Positions 50,241-63,482 of a stretch of 64,000 nucleotides of DNA are shown here, piece after piece; the stretch's first letter is position 1; every line of letters begins with the position of its first letter. The translations under genes were made by a program, and so were the position numbers. The DNA comes from Camelus ferus (lineage: Eukaryota), in NCBI RefSeq assembly GCF_009834535.1, contig NC_045696.1:99574001-99638000 (forward strand), given 5' to 3'. The notes under the pieces were generated by a model. It saw only the letters and a program-made list of their open reading frames with translations, ran no database searches and was not told where the DNA came from.

Positions 50241-52841
50241 TGAAATTACTTTTCTTCCTACTCTTCATTCAAACTTCTTATTTCCTTTAAAATTCTGATT
50301 AAACCTAAAATAACTGATATGTCATACACACTCAGGAAGTTGTTTGCTGGTTATTTTAATTTGAACTTTTGACTTAGGCAGTTTCAGAGAGCTGGAACAA
50401 AATCAAAGGTATGAGAATTTTCTGCGGCGTACACTAGTACTCTTGGTGGTGTGTCTCTGATTGCCCACGTGCTAGTGCTCTCTGGAAGGGGAGAAGGGGT
50501 GGGGAGTAGAAGTGGCCAGATCTGGTTAGGGGTCTGCCCCTGAGCTTCGCTGACACTTTATACATCCCTCTTAAATCTTCGAACCTGGCACACCACTGAG
50601 CATACAAGAGTGAGGATGGTAAACAAATTTATATGTGGAATTTATGTTCATTTAATGAAGAGTTTTAATGAAGGTGATTATTTTCTTTAACTGAGAAGAT
50701 ATGATTATATAAGCCACAAAAGAATGAACTTGGATATGAAGTTATAAAGTAGTTTTTAATATTTTATATTCTAAATCATAAGAAAACATTAGATGAATTC
50801 TAGTGTCTGAATGTTCTATATTTGTTCCAGTGTAAATCCAGTTCTTAAAACTACACTTAAAGATTTTTATATGAATATATAAATATATGCTTTCTCAGAT
50901 ATTTCCTAAATAAGATTTTTTTTTTCTCTAGCCTTTTCAACCTCTAAGTTTCAGGGCATTTTCACAATTACTACTGGCAATGTTCACCGAGTGAACGTTT
51001 CTCCTCTGTTATCTAACTGCTTATTTTGAATCTCCCATTTTCTTTAGTGGCCTTCAGTGGATTACTCTGCCTGCATTATAGGCTTCTACTCTGGATATAT
51101 ATTTAATAATGTACTAAATGACACATTATTTTCCTGAAATTTTCCTAAGCATTCCTCAGGGCCACACTTGATTTTCCTACCTTCTGCCATCTCTCTTCTA
51201 ATATGGCATCATAAAACATTAGCTGCAAAATACTTTACTCCCTCTACTGATTAAAACTTTGTTTTAAATCCCCCATTTTTGGGGCCTCCCCAGTCATGCG
51301 CCTCCACCACACATACAACCAATCAAGTATGTCAAGGGTTTCTTCTTGTATCTGTTTCTTATTGGACCTAATATTTGTTGAGAGTAGTGTGTTCAAGATA
51401 TTGGGCTGGGCAAACATTGACTGACTGCACTATCACTTTACGCTCAGAACCTCCTTAGGAACATCACTGACTTCAAGTTATAAACAAGGAAATTGAGATG
51501 TAGAAAGACTAAGTACCACGTACCTCTAAGATTATTCCTGAACCATGGCTATATTCTCTCTGGTCATCCAACTTTGAGAACCACACTATATACATGAAAA
51601 AACTCACTGAATTGCATTTAAAGTTCTTAACCTAGTTCTCAGCCTCTGCTTCTTCAGAGCAAAAATCTTTGTCCCCTGTGGCTAGACACGACTAGAAATG
51701 CCAGAAAGAAGGAGGTTCATTAGCCTCTGGGATGCTGGAACTGAGCTATTTCCCTGAGAGGGTCCATTTCAAGAATGGGTTTGATTGATGGTCATGTGAC
51801 CAGATCCAGGGACATGGCACAAGCCTGGGTGGAAATCAAGCATCATTTGTCCTCCACTGGGGAGGAAAAAGTAGTCAGGGTACAAACTTCATGCTAGAAG
51901 GTAGAAAACAGACTCCAACAGAGAAGCACTAGACAAATTATTCTCTCCATTCTTTGAAGTATGAGAGGAAAGTATTAAGTGTCTCTTGCTCTCTAGAGTA
52001 AGGATGGCTTTTCAGTGCCTGCAGGAAAGGCGTCACTGAGAAGGCTCTGTAATTCTCACAACTTGCTCTAATTTTTCATCCATGTGGGCTCCAATTGTCA
52101 AATTTCCAATCATTCTTATTCCCTGTTCTAAAAGACCTCCAGTTTGATTCCAAGAAAAATGAATATTCAAGACAACAGTAGTTTCAAAGACTACAAATAC
52201 TTATGATTACTGAGTTTCAATATGAAAACAATTTTGAATTAGCTCTTAATTGGTTTGAGTTATTTACAATCAGTTGAACCAGTTGGAGTCAGTATTCAAA
52301 TAAAAAAGAATTCAGTTTAAACTCATCTAACAATTCCGAACCACTTTTGAATAATTCAGCATAGTTGGATTACCATGGACCTAAAAAACTTTGACAAATC
52401 AGAATTTGATAGGTTCTTTGAATTTCAGTACTGATTTATTTTAGCAGAATCCTAACTATACTACCCCACCACTGCAATTCACAGTGTAAATCACTATCAT
52501 ATTAGTTTTCTGAAAATGCGTCTTTACTGAGGGCACATGAGGTTCCAGCTACTGTGCTAGATGCAGATAACATTTTTGTCCCTCAGGTCATTAGTTTCTC
52601 ACTCATAGATTATAGAACTGAAACCCAAACTTATTGCCTCATCAAATTTTTCTCACGCTCTGAACTCAGTTTTAATTTTCTTATGGTTTTATATAGACCT
52701 CTTTTTATTTTCTAGCTATTCTGATTCACCATATAGCCTTCAAACACACTTGAAATTTCTTTCCTTTGAACTCAAAATTTGATAAATGTGCAGCTTTTAG
52801 TTTTGGACCCATAAAAATTGTTCTTGATGTAAAAAATATTT

Positions 52842-53282
52842 GTTGTATGTTGGGTTGCCTGCCATTGGTTCCCTCTTCTTTTGGTAACATATGCTGAGTT
52901 CATTTGGGGGAAGTGCTGTCTGTCACACTCTTAATCCTGTCCTGTCATAATAATTGGTCCATGTATAAGCACGTGATTCAATCTAGCCAATCAGAACTAA
53001 TCTATGATCTAGGCTGGACAGAAACATGCTATCTAATATCTTTCACTTGAACCTGCAAGAATATGGTTGAAGTTACTTCCAATGAGGAAAGTGTCCATTA
53101 CAGGAAATGGATCAGAAATGAAAAAAACAAAACAAAACAAAACAAAAAACAAATCTAAACATCCCAATGACAGTTTTTAAACCTTGGACCAACAATTTTA
53201 CATTATAGGAGCCAATAATTTTATCTTACCACTTTTTTTTCTTCAAAAGCCAATTCACATTGTATATTCTGTCATTTATCTC
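52842..53282 (+). mobile_element. Old MLT1 (J/K-like) LTR
   Basis: ttccctcttcttttggtaac...aagcacgtgattcaatctagccaatcaga...gagccaataa...ttctgtcattt. Confidence 0.65.
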
Positions 53283-54540
53283 AATTTGCCTTCTCCATTC
53301 GGAAGCATCTTATTCTATCCTATACTTTTATAGAGATAAGAGTTTAGAGCAGTACCTGCAAAGAACATAGGGCTTAAATCACCTTGTAAATTTTGCCCTT
53401 TCTAACTTTTCATCTCCCCATCCATTCAAGAAAAATTAATTGGGAAATTTGGAATATGCTATTTTCCTGGTGAGAAAAAAATATATGTATCTCATGTCTA
53501 TTTTAAGGTAAGCTGATACAAATTACACAAAGTATGTTGTATCTTTCCTAATAAAAATTACAGATATTTCATGTGCACTTAAAAGAAGGTCAGCAGTACT
53601 AAGAGATTTCCTCTTACTTCTACATCAAAGTGCAAGTCCAGTTAATTCCAACACAGACTAGGAGTACAATGAAAACACATTTGTCAGTGGATTCTATGGC
53701 CCTATGTGTATAAAGCATTTTAAGAATGTCTCATAGCACTCAGAATCTTCCCTGACCTTAGATTAATGCTAGAGACGACCTTTGCATTATATTCACAGCT
53801 TCAGCGGTGATGTCACAGTCTATCTGCTGGGCCACCAAAAGAATGCCAGGGGAGAGAATAGTTCCTGGTAACTGTGTTCACCCACTGTGCATCAAAATAG
53901 ACAGCATTAAGTGTCATCTACAAACAGACCATCTTTCATACAAGAAGCAGAGATTGATTTGCTGGGATAGTGTATTTTTTCCACTAAAAAGAATTATTGT
54001 ACTACATGAATTTTAAAAAATAGAGTTTTTTCCTTCTTATAAAACATTTATTTGAAAAAGCCCAAACAGACCACTGCAAAGCAAGAATGCAATGATTTCT
54101 AAACTTTTCAATTTTGTGTCTGTTAAAACATAGGGATTTACTCAATGATTGTTATAATCTTTCCTAAGATGGTTCCTTTTTTTGAAGCAAAATTGCAAGT
54201 TGTTTTCCTAGTTAAAAAATACTTTAATATTTAATAATTGTCTTGTGTGTCTGTCTATGTGTGTGTGTTGCAGGTGTGTTTCTATACTTATAAATAGTTG
54301 AGCTAAGTATGGTAATCCTATGTTTAGGATTTCCCTGACATACAAACTCATTCAGTTTGTCACTGAAGATGAGAGAGGAAACTTTTCCTGGAAGCATAGG
54401 TCATTTCTGTGAACCCTGGTCTCTGAACCAGGAAACTGCACTGAGCATGAAGAAACATGGCCCAACATTACCTGGATCTTGTAAGCTTTAGATTCTGAAA
54501 GCAGAATTCATGAAGACACTTTTAAATTAGCACCTCCCTG

Positions 54541-54541
<1 letters not shown>

Positions 54542-54593
<52 letters not shown>
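54542..54593. repeat. (TG)26 microsatellite at the L1 tail position
   Basis: Perfect TG run adjoining the L1 3' terminus (tttttattgaag). Confidence 0.98.
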
Positions 54594-54594
<1 letters not shown>

Positions 54595-54596
<2 letters not shown>

Positions 54597-56176
54597 TTTT
54601 ATTGAAGTAGAGTCAGTTTACAGTCAGTCAGTCAGTGTTGTGGCAATTTCCAAAGTACAGCATAATGCTTCAGTCATACATGAACATACATATATTCGTT
54701 TTCATATCATTTTTCACCGTAAGTTACTACAAGATATCGAATATAGTTCCCTGTGCTATACAGTATAAACTTGTTCTTAATCTATTCTCTCTCTGTATAT
54801 ATCAGTATCTGCAAATCTCTAACTCTCCCTTCACTCCCTCTGATAACCACAAGTTTGTTCTCTATGTCTGAGAGTCTGTTTCTGTTTTACAAATAAGTCC
54901 ATTTGACTTTTTTTTCTTATGTTCCACATATAAGTGATATCATATGGTATTTTTTTTCTCTTTCTGGCTTATTCCACTTAGAATGACAATTTCCAGGTCC
55001 ATCCATGTTGCAGCAAATGGTATTCTTTTATTATTGTTTATGGCTGAGTAGTATTCCATTGTATAATATACCACAACTTCTTTATCCAGTCATCTGTTGA
55101 TGGACATTTAGGTCATTTCCATGTCTTGGCTATTGTAAATAGTGCTACTATGAACACTGGGATGCATGCATCTTTTTGAATTAAGGTTCCTTCTGGACAT
55201 ATGTCCAAGAATGGGATTGCTGGATCATATGGTAATCACAAAAGACCCTGGAGAAAAAGAACAAAGCTGGAGGAATAACCCTCCCAGGCTTCAGACAATA
55301 CTACAGAGCTACAGTAATCTAAACAGCATGGTACTGATACAAAAACAGACATATGGATCAATGGAATAGAACAGAGAGCCCAGAAATAAATCCACAAACT
55401 TTTGGTCAATTAATCTTTGACAAAAGAGGCAAGAACATATGATGGAATAAAGACAATCTCTTCAGCAAATGGTGTTGGGAAAACGGGACAGCAGCATGTA
55501 AATCAATGAAGTTAGAACACTCCATCACACCATACACAAAAATAAACTCAAAATGGCTTAAAGACTTAAACATAAGACAAGACACTATAAAACTCTTAGA
55601 AGAAAACATAGCCGAAATATCTGACATAAATCTCAGTAGTGTTCTCCTAGAGCTGTCTACACAGGCAATAGAAATAAAAGCAAAAACAAACAAGTGGGAC
55701 CTAATTAAACTTATAAGCTTTTGCACAGCAAAGGAAACCATAGGCAAAACAAAAAGACAATCTACTGAATGGAAGAAAATATTTGCAAATGATGTGACTG
55801 ACAAAGGCTTAATTTCCAGATATATAAACAGCTCATACAACTTAATAACAGTAACAACGACAACAACAAAAAACAATCCAATCCAAAAATGGGCAGAAGA
55901 CCTAAACAAGCAACTCTCCAATGAATACATACAAATGGCCAACAGGCACATGAAAAAATGCTCAATATTGTTAATTATCAGAGAAATGCAAATCAAAACT
56001 ACAACGAGGTATCCCCTCATACCAGTCAGAATGACCATCATTCAGAAGTCTACAAACAATAAATGCTGGAGAAGGTGTGGAGAAAAGGGAAGCCTCCTAC
56101 AATGTTGGTGGGAACATAGTTTGGTGCAGCCGTTATGGAAAACAGTATGGAGAGTCCTCAAAAGACTAAAAATAGA
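54595..56176 (-). mobile_element. Young L1 with 5' inversion (3' part 54595-55235 on minus; inverted ORF2 part 55236-56176 on plus)
   Basis: The antisense 3' UTR and ORF2 end run up to ggattgctggatcatatggtaa. Sense ORF2 follows (tcacaaaagaccc...aaaagactaaaaataga). Confidence 0.95.
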
Positions 56177-56219
56177 TCTCCCTCTCTGTTTTATACCTCT
56201 TATAATCTCATATACATAA
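55506..56219 (+). pseudogene. L1 ORF2 C-terminal fragment (237-aa open stretch, not a host gene)
   Basis: [33 protein letters not shown] and [11 protein letters not shown]...CWWE...VQPLWKTVW are L1 ORF2 motifs, including the degenerate cysteine-rich region. No endonuclease or RT core. Confidence 0.93.
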
Positions 56220-57589
56220 TCAACATTTTAAAGTTGATTTCAAGTTGATTTACCACAATTTAAAAAGATATCCCTCCACGACAGATGCAAAACATGTATA
56301 GACAGGTTTTGGAATGTTACCATCTTTACTAAAATTTGTAAGTTGCAGGGAATAATACTTTAATCAAGCCTCAGATTACTGTCAAAATTATGAAGATGAA
56401 CTCTCTTCCACACTGGATTACAAGTAATTTTTGGTTTAAACCACTTTACTTTGTATTTTTAATAAGCATATACAGCTTAATTAGAGTGGATTTGGCTTAA
56501 CATCTGGAAAATGTCACATTTTCCCAAATGGCAAGAAAAGGAGTCTGCTATTAGTACATTCTACAATAACTAACTCATATGTGGTTTTAAATGACAGCCA
56601 GGGGAAACACGCTTGTCATAAAAGCATCATATACATTATTCCTACTGCTTGGCTAGCAGATATTCAGACACCACACTTTAAACACTTTCCAGTAGGACCT
56701 TATGAGGGCAATTTCTCTGGAGATGAATAGATGGAAGAAGAAAGAAGTGAGAAAGAAAAATTACTGTTTGCTTTCTTTTAAAATTTATATATACTATTTA
56801 TGATACTGAGTTCCTGTTTGCTATTGAGTTTTATTGAGGATTTCATGATATTAAGAAAGCCATTGGTTTACAGAATAGCTCTTATCCTTGTCATGTTCTC
56901 ATTTCCTAGGAGAACTGAGTCAGCCTCAGAGAGAAAGAGAGAAAACAAAGGGATCTCAGGGCAACCAGGTAGGCAGAAGAGAGTAAAGATGATTGGTCCT
57001 TGTTGGAATTCTGTTTTACTGATTCAATGTCATTGGGCCATAGACTTAAACTTTTATGAACTTCCTTGGTATCCTTCGGTGTAAAATGTATACAATAATC
57101 CATAGAGGAAAAGATGGGACAAATACATAAAACACTTCCCATAGAATGACTTATATAAGACTCTATGATTTCCTTTATTTCTTTTTCTGATGAAGACGAT
57201 AAAAAGGGCATCACTGGCTATTTGGAGAAGAAAAAAAATCCTGTAATTTCAAGACTCCTAAATTTAACAATAATAAAGTCATTTTTGTAGATTAAGTGGT
57301 TTTAATTTTTATGAACACCTGAATTAACCAGTAATTACTGAACTCTTATCCAACATAATTCCCGTATCCTAGATGTTTTAGTTTAATTAGAAGAGTGAAA
57401 ATATCTAGTTCCTTCTTTGCTCTGTTCATGATAGAATTTGAACAATGGAAACTGCATGAAAATGAAATGATGGGCAAAATATATACAATCAATTGTAATG
57501 ATACTCTTATATGGAAGGAATATTAATAGACCTGAAGATCCTATCACAAGACTTTCAGTTTACTTTAGTGAAGGGTGGCCTTCTATGAG

Positions 57590-57820
57590 TTTCAGTCTGT
57601 GCTAGTTGTTGTGTGTCCACTATCTCCCATTCATGCTCGCAGTGACCCTTTGGACTAGGTGTTATTCCACACATTTCAAGCCAAACAATATTTCAAGCTA
57701 AAAAACCTACGTCCTGAAGAGATTATTTATAGAAGGTTACATAGTTAACAAAGGATGAATCTGATATTCTAAATCAAGTTACTCTTTGTCTAAAGTCCAT
57801 GCCTTTCTTAGCCACCCTAC
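57590..57820 (-). mobile_element. MIR SINE
   Basis: aaggttacatagttaaca...ttctaaatcaagtt...ctaaagtccatgcctttc. Confidence 0.55.
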
Positions 57821-58129
57821 CTCCACTTTCCATATCGTAAGTGTGTGTGCAGCCTTATCAGCCTTACATGTAAATATTAAATGGGTTGTGGGCAGAGAAG
57901 AGCTATAGAGCAGTGACTACTCCTTCGGAAATAGAGGCCCCTACATACTTGAGTTGTGAAGTAGAATGAAGAACAGTTTTTTCCATATCCAATGTTTTAA
58001 GCATCAATTGACTTCCAAAGTCAACACCCCAAAGTCCACTTAGCCTAAATATGGCTGAATTACAGTACTTAGGACGATATTTCATCCACTGATCATCTCC
58101 TCCTTTTCTCTCTTAATCTTTTAATCTTT

Positions 58130-58732
58130 TCTCTATATTAAAGTCAGAGATATTTCTTTAAAATATCATTATATCTCTTTTTTGTTTCTTCAAAGGTTTC
58201 CCTTTGTTGCGTTTGAAGACCCCAATTCTTCATCTCTTCTTCAAAGTCCTACATAAGCTGGTTCCCGCATCTCACATCTCCAACATCATCTCAAACCACT
58301 CTTGCTCTCAGTCCATGCACTCCAGGCATGTTGGCCTTCTTTCAGATGCTTGAAACACATCAGTGTCTTTAAACATTCTCTGTCTGGAAATATATTCTTC
58401 CTTTCCTCCCCCTCTGCTTTTTTTTTTTTTGTTTCATTAACTCATGCAGAGTACAGCTTTATATTTCAGTTCAAATACAACTTTGAGAAAAATTACCCCT
58501 GACGCACCATACTAGATCTGCTGCATGCTTCTATAACTTCTCTAATGTTCTTTCTGTTTATAGAACTTAACGAGGATTTGGGAATATTCTGCAGTTATTT
58601 GATTAGTGTATTAGCTCCTAAACTGCAAGCTCCTTGAGAACAAGATCTCTTTTGCTCAGCATGTTCACCAGAATATTAACACCCAGGAAAGTGCCAGGCA
58701 CAAGTAATCAAAAATTGTTTGTGGAAAAAATA
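58130..58732 (+). mobile_element. LINE-2 3' fragment
   Basis: ttcaaagtcctacataagctgg...aaactgcaagctccttgagaacaag...agtgccaggcaca. Confidence 0.75.
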
Positions 58733-58869
58733 AAGCATATTTCTCTAAATTATATTCTTCTTCATTTCTCTCATCTAGATGGATGGTAAGGGACTTAAAA
58801 AAACAAGATGGAACAATTATTGAGAGAGACATATCATATGCATAAGTATGTTAGAAAGGGTATATTAGG

Positions 58870-60135
58870 ATGTTTGTATTTCATGATTTCACTCACTTTA
58901 GAGAAGAATCTTCCAGTGGAGACAAGGATCCACTCTGTGAATGTTGAGTTGACTTTTCTTTCTCTGGTAATCCCAGTATATGACCAATGGATTCATGTCC
59001 AGAGTGACCATGGCTTCATGAAAGGATGTTATGAATGGGCTTAGCAACAAATATTCCCATTCAACAAAACTTTTCTGGCAAGTGCCACTAACGGTGTCCA
59101 GTTTGCCATTAGCAAAGGCCAAAGCACAATTCCACGTATGACATAATCTGAACTCCAGGGGACCATCTGTCCATCTGATAGCAAAGTGACTCATTGGACA
59201 CTTCCATCATGGAGGGATCCTCACAGGGCTGGATATTTATTATCCTTAAATTTTTTTCTTTTCCTATGTGCTTTACTTTTGCTAACACTGCCATCTATGG
59301 ACTTACGAAAGGTCTTAATCTCTATTATGCTATTCCAGATAATGTTTCTGTCTAAGGAACTCATTTAGTGGAAAAAGCAATGAGCTCATACCCAAGAGAG
59401 TCACTGCTCTTACAATATACCCCACTAGAAGCAGGTGGCCTTGCAGAACAATGGAACAATGAACTAACTAGCTGAAGGCTGACTGAGACCTGAAGAACAA
59501 ATCTTGCAAATCTGGGTACTGTCCTACAAAATGCACTGCATGTTTGGACCAGCAATCTTCCATGACCTGTATATACAGGTTTAGGATTTAGCAGACAGAA
59601 GTAAGAATGTCTTCTCTCTCATAAACTTGGTGTCTCACTTGTCAAGTTTTTGCTTCCTGTCTGAAGGCTTTGGGCTTGGTTAGTTTAAAAATGTTAGTTC
59701 AAAAGGAGAAATAATTCCAAAAAGGGACAAAAAATAAGTTTTGAAAATGGAAATTGTGAATAGCTACCTGACCATGTGGGAGTCTTCATGCCAAAAGGCA
59801 AAGAAGCTACTCTATTCTGTTGTGGTAGATGCCAGTTATTAAGGGAGAGTTCTGTGTAGGACCCAATGGATTATCTGGGATCTCCCTAAGTATTTTAATA
59901 TTCAGTAGTAAACTTAATAGAAGACAATAGTGAACAGTAAAGGGAGGATTACTTAGCGATTAGATCTTCAGAAATAAACATTTAGGTTGTTAGGCCATCT
60001 TAAACTGTGGCAAATCCTGGCCAGGTGAGGTTAAAGGAATGGATAGTGGCAAGAAGGAATTAGTAAATGTCAAACACCATCTTGTGACCAATTACTTTCC
60101 TTGTTGTTCTGAGATATATATAAATAGATAGATAG

Positions 60136-60166
<31 letters not shown>

Positions 60167-60592
60167 ATATATATATATACACACACACTATATATATGTA
60201 TATATACACAAACACACACACACTCACATACACATAGATACACATATATATGTATATATATATATATATATATATCTGCCTTACTTTTTATATATATGTG
60301 GAATGTACATAAATGTATATATCTCCATATTTCCTTTTCCTCATTGTTTTAAGTAAAGAATGTTGAGGATGAAATTATAACTGAAATAAAAGAAGAATTA
60401 ACTCTCCCAAAATAGTTATGATGACTGATAGAACTATTCTTCTACTTTGGGGGGGCGGATAAAAATGTCATCATTTATATAAAGAATAGTTGCATCATAC
60501 TAGTAGGAATATGATGTTGCATTATTGTTACTATGCAAAAGATTAAATACAGCAGGAAACTGTATGGATGCTAAGTGATCAAAAGGTTGGGA
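58870..60592 (+). mobile_element. ERVL internal remnant (integrase to 3' untranslated region)
   Basis: VIPVYDQWIHVQSDHGFMKGCYEWA (end of ORF 58808-59044) resembles the ERVL integrase N-terminus. Further ERVL motifs are cattggacacttccatcatgga, gaagcaggtggccttgcagaacaatggaa and the 3' end tgtatggatgctaagtgatcaaaaggttgg. Confidence 0.8.
60112..60300. repeat. Compound (TA)n/(TAGA)n/(CA)n microsatellite
   Basis: Read directly from the sequence. Confidence 0.95.
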
Positions 60593-61278
60593 GTTACCAG
60601 ACTTCATCAGTTCGCACTCGACCCTATCATGCTGTTCTCTCTTCTGCAGTCTCCTTTGCACTATCAGGCTGAAGACTGCAAATGAAGACTACGTTTCATA
60701 TACTCCCCTGCTAACTTGGTTCTGGTTGTCTCCTTCTAATGGAGACCCGGCACCAGATGAGAAGGCTGCCAGCAGGTAGAAATAGTTTCTACCTAGTCTC
60801 TTCTGGCAGCAGTTGGTGAGTTACTGGGCTCCTGCAGAAGCACAGGTGGTTCCAGCAGCCGTGCCAGAGTTCCAAATGCAGCAAGTCAGTGGTAGCAATG
60901 GGAGCCTCTGGACCCATGAAAGCCGCTGCAGGTTTCTGCCATAGCTCTGGAGTTCTGGCATTGACAGCTGTTGTGAGCATTGGCCCCTCAATGGTAACAT
61001 CCAACATTGCTTCTCGGCCTTTTGGCTAAGATCAAATGTAGGGTAACATCCAACAGATGACAGGGCCTCCTGAAGCAGCCACAGAGGGCACTGTGGTCCA
61101 GACAAGCTCTTGCTATTGTAGAAGCCTTAACGTATTCTGTAGAACCTAGTCTTTGGGAAACAATGTCTTCCTCTTTTTCTGTTCTTCCATTCTTTCACAA
61201 AAGTATATAAACTCATTCCCATATTATATCTCTATTCAAAAATACTCTAGTGGCTTCTAGTTTCCTAGCTGGACTTTG
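60593..61278 (+). mobile_element. ERVL LTR (LTR41/LTR50/LTR33 group)
   Basis: Follows the ERVL PPT. Carries gactacgtttcatatactcccctgc and the terminus ttcccatattatatctct...tagtggcttctagtttcctagctggac. Confidence 0.7.
61006..61041 (+). pseudogene. RNU2: 3'-truncated (tailless) U2 snRNA retropseudogene, U2 nt 1-36
   Basis: attgcttctcggccttttggctaagatcaaatgtag matches U2 ATCGCTTCTCGGCCTTTTGGCTAAGATCAAGTGTAG at 34 of 36 positions. Flanked by perfect ggtaacatccaaca at 60993-61006 and 61042-61055. Confidence 0.95.
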
Positions 61279-61289
61279 TTTCCTCCTCT

Positions 61290-61860
61290 TTCTACCTCTT
61301 AATGTTACCTTAGAGCTCAGTAATTCACTTTCTTCTATCAGTATTCACATCCCCTGTGATCTCATCCAGACTCATAGGTTTTATATATATATTCATCTCT
61401 GTGCCAACAATTCCCACATTATATATCTTCAGTTGTCCCCTAGGCATCTCCGCTTGGATAGATGATAGACATCTCAAACTCGTTGTTTCTAAAAAATGAA
61501 CTTCTGAACTTTCCTCTCACACTTGCTTCCTTCCCACAATTTTTCTGGCCTCAGTTGATGGAAAATCCACCCTTCCTTAACCTTAGAGTCCTTTTAAATG
61601 GTTCTCTTTTATTCATACTTTATATTAAATCCATCAGGAAAATCTGTGTTTTCACTTTCAAAACATTTTCAGAACCTGCTAATTATTCACCACAAGTTCT
61701 TCTATCACCATGGCTCAAACCACTGTCATCTTTTGCCTGACTTACTGCATTAGTCTCCCAGATAGTCTACGATCCCATCATTATTCCCAATGCTGCAGAG
61801 TGCTACTTTAAAAATATTAGTGAGGGGTCCTATGACTGCTCTGCTCAGAATCTGCCATGT
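61290..61860 (+). mobile_element. LINE-2 (L2a-like) fragment
   Basis: gtgatctcatccagactcatagg...cttggatagatgatagacatctcaaac...aatccatcaggaaatc...ctctgctcagaatc. Confidence 0.85.
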
Positions 61861-62849
61861 TTAGGCACACACTGAAGAGGAGAAACTTGCTAAGCATGAC
61901 CTGAAATGCAAAAGGTTTATGTTGCAAGCAGGAGGGCAAAAACACCAAACCAAACCAAACCAAAAACAGAAGAAGAAGGAAAAGTTATGTGAAATTATTT
62001 CTGATGATCTAAGAAGTAGAATAAGGTTCTAAGCAGCTACTTGAATTGTTGTCACAGTATGCTTTCATTATTATGCACTCTCAACTCTTCTCATACACAA
62101 AGAAGGAAATTGAGACAATACCAAAACAATCTTCCTAGAAGAGAATTGTTTTTTTTTTTTTTTAATTTTTGGAGATGCTTCCAACAGCTAGTGAATGAGA
62201 CCACTAATTTATGTCCAAGTAGACTGTCATTCTGTACCATGGAAACCTCTTTAACAATGTATTTTTAAAGCTTATATTGTGACACTTACAGGTGAACAAC
62301 AGGAATGAGTTTAATGGTACATCTTAGCATTCTTCCTTTATACTTCTCCACCACACTTTCCCTGCCCTCTAAAAGAGCTAGTGCAGATTTGGAATTGCTA
62401 AAGGCTGTGGATTATTAGGGAGCCACTACAATCTCAACACAATCCTTAATTAGTAGCGACATTTTATACATGATGATAAAGGTGTATCTATACATATGAA
62501 CATATTTTGGTTAAAATATTTTGCGAGTAATTAACCGACTAGACAATTAGAAACATTTTTAGGACAAATGCCTACTGTTTTGTGGCTGCAAATTTGAACT
62601 TCAAAGTTGGGACTATGGCTGGAAGGTGAGAATGCTGAGTCTCTAAGCAGTTGGCCAAAAAAGGAAAGCAACTCAGATTATCACATGATATTTTCCCTCA
62701 TCCTAAGCTTTCCTGAGCTATACATTGTTAAACGCTCTGGAAGCCACCAGTAGCCTAGGTAAGAAGTTGACAAATGTAACCTGGTCCTGAACTAGTTTAT
62801 TTGTTTCAAGGTGGCCAGTGTTGGTTTCATTAATAAAGGGTTGACTGGA

Positions 62850-62900
62850 ATTTTCTTTCTTTCTTTTCCTTCTTTTTTTTTTTTTTTTTTTTTTTTTTTT
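62850..62900. repeat. T-rich / poly(T) tract
   Basis: Pyrimidine run ending in a long homopolymer T stretch. Confidence 0.9.
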
Positions 62901-63482
62901 GGTATCTTGTGTTATTGGACTGTGTGGACTGGAGGGCAGAACCTAGAGGTGTAAGAGCCATAAAGTAATTGATATGTTGTCATTACGTGGAACAGGACAG
63001 TGGTTTATGTTATATAAAAATCTGTCTCTTATCTTTCTACTTCCCTCTCTCGGCCTTCCTCTCTCAAACGTGAAGCATATAAATTAGTAATAGGGATAAT
63101 ACCCAGGTGACCTGCCCTGCATTTAGCAGGTGCTGGCAAGGCAGCACAGGTGGACTGCCACAGATAAGCCATCCAGAAGACTGCCGTCCTCACTCCACCA
63201 TCTAAAGATACTCTGAGTTCAGTATCTAGAAATCTCAATTGGCTGCTCTCTAGATTCAGAAACTGGGTTTCCAACTATTCATTTTTTTTTTAATTTTCAT
63301 AGAAATTCCCCTCATTAAATGCCTGACTGCTTGTACCATTCATCAAGTATTCTCTACCACCAAGTCTCAACAAAAGGTTCAGCTGGTCCTTAATGAACAA
63401 AAGGCAACTGAAAGAGAAAATGGACATATGTTATTCAAAGGAAGGAAGAACGTCTCTTCTTTCCTTGAACCGAAGGAGGGAC

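Noticed and set aside
55406..56041. 211-aa hydrophobic minus-strand ORF
   Set aside because: It is the antisense frame of L1 ORF2, a common artefact of A-rich L1 sequence.
61006..61041. Functional U2 snRNA gene
   Set aside because: Only the first 36 nt are present, with no Sm site, 3' stem-loops or evident PSE, and it is bounded by a TSD.
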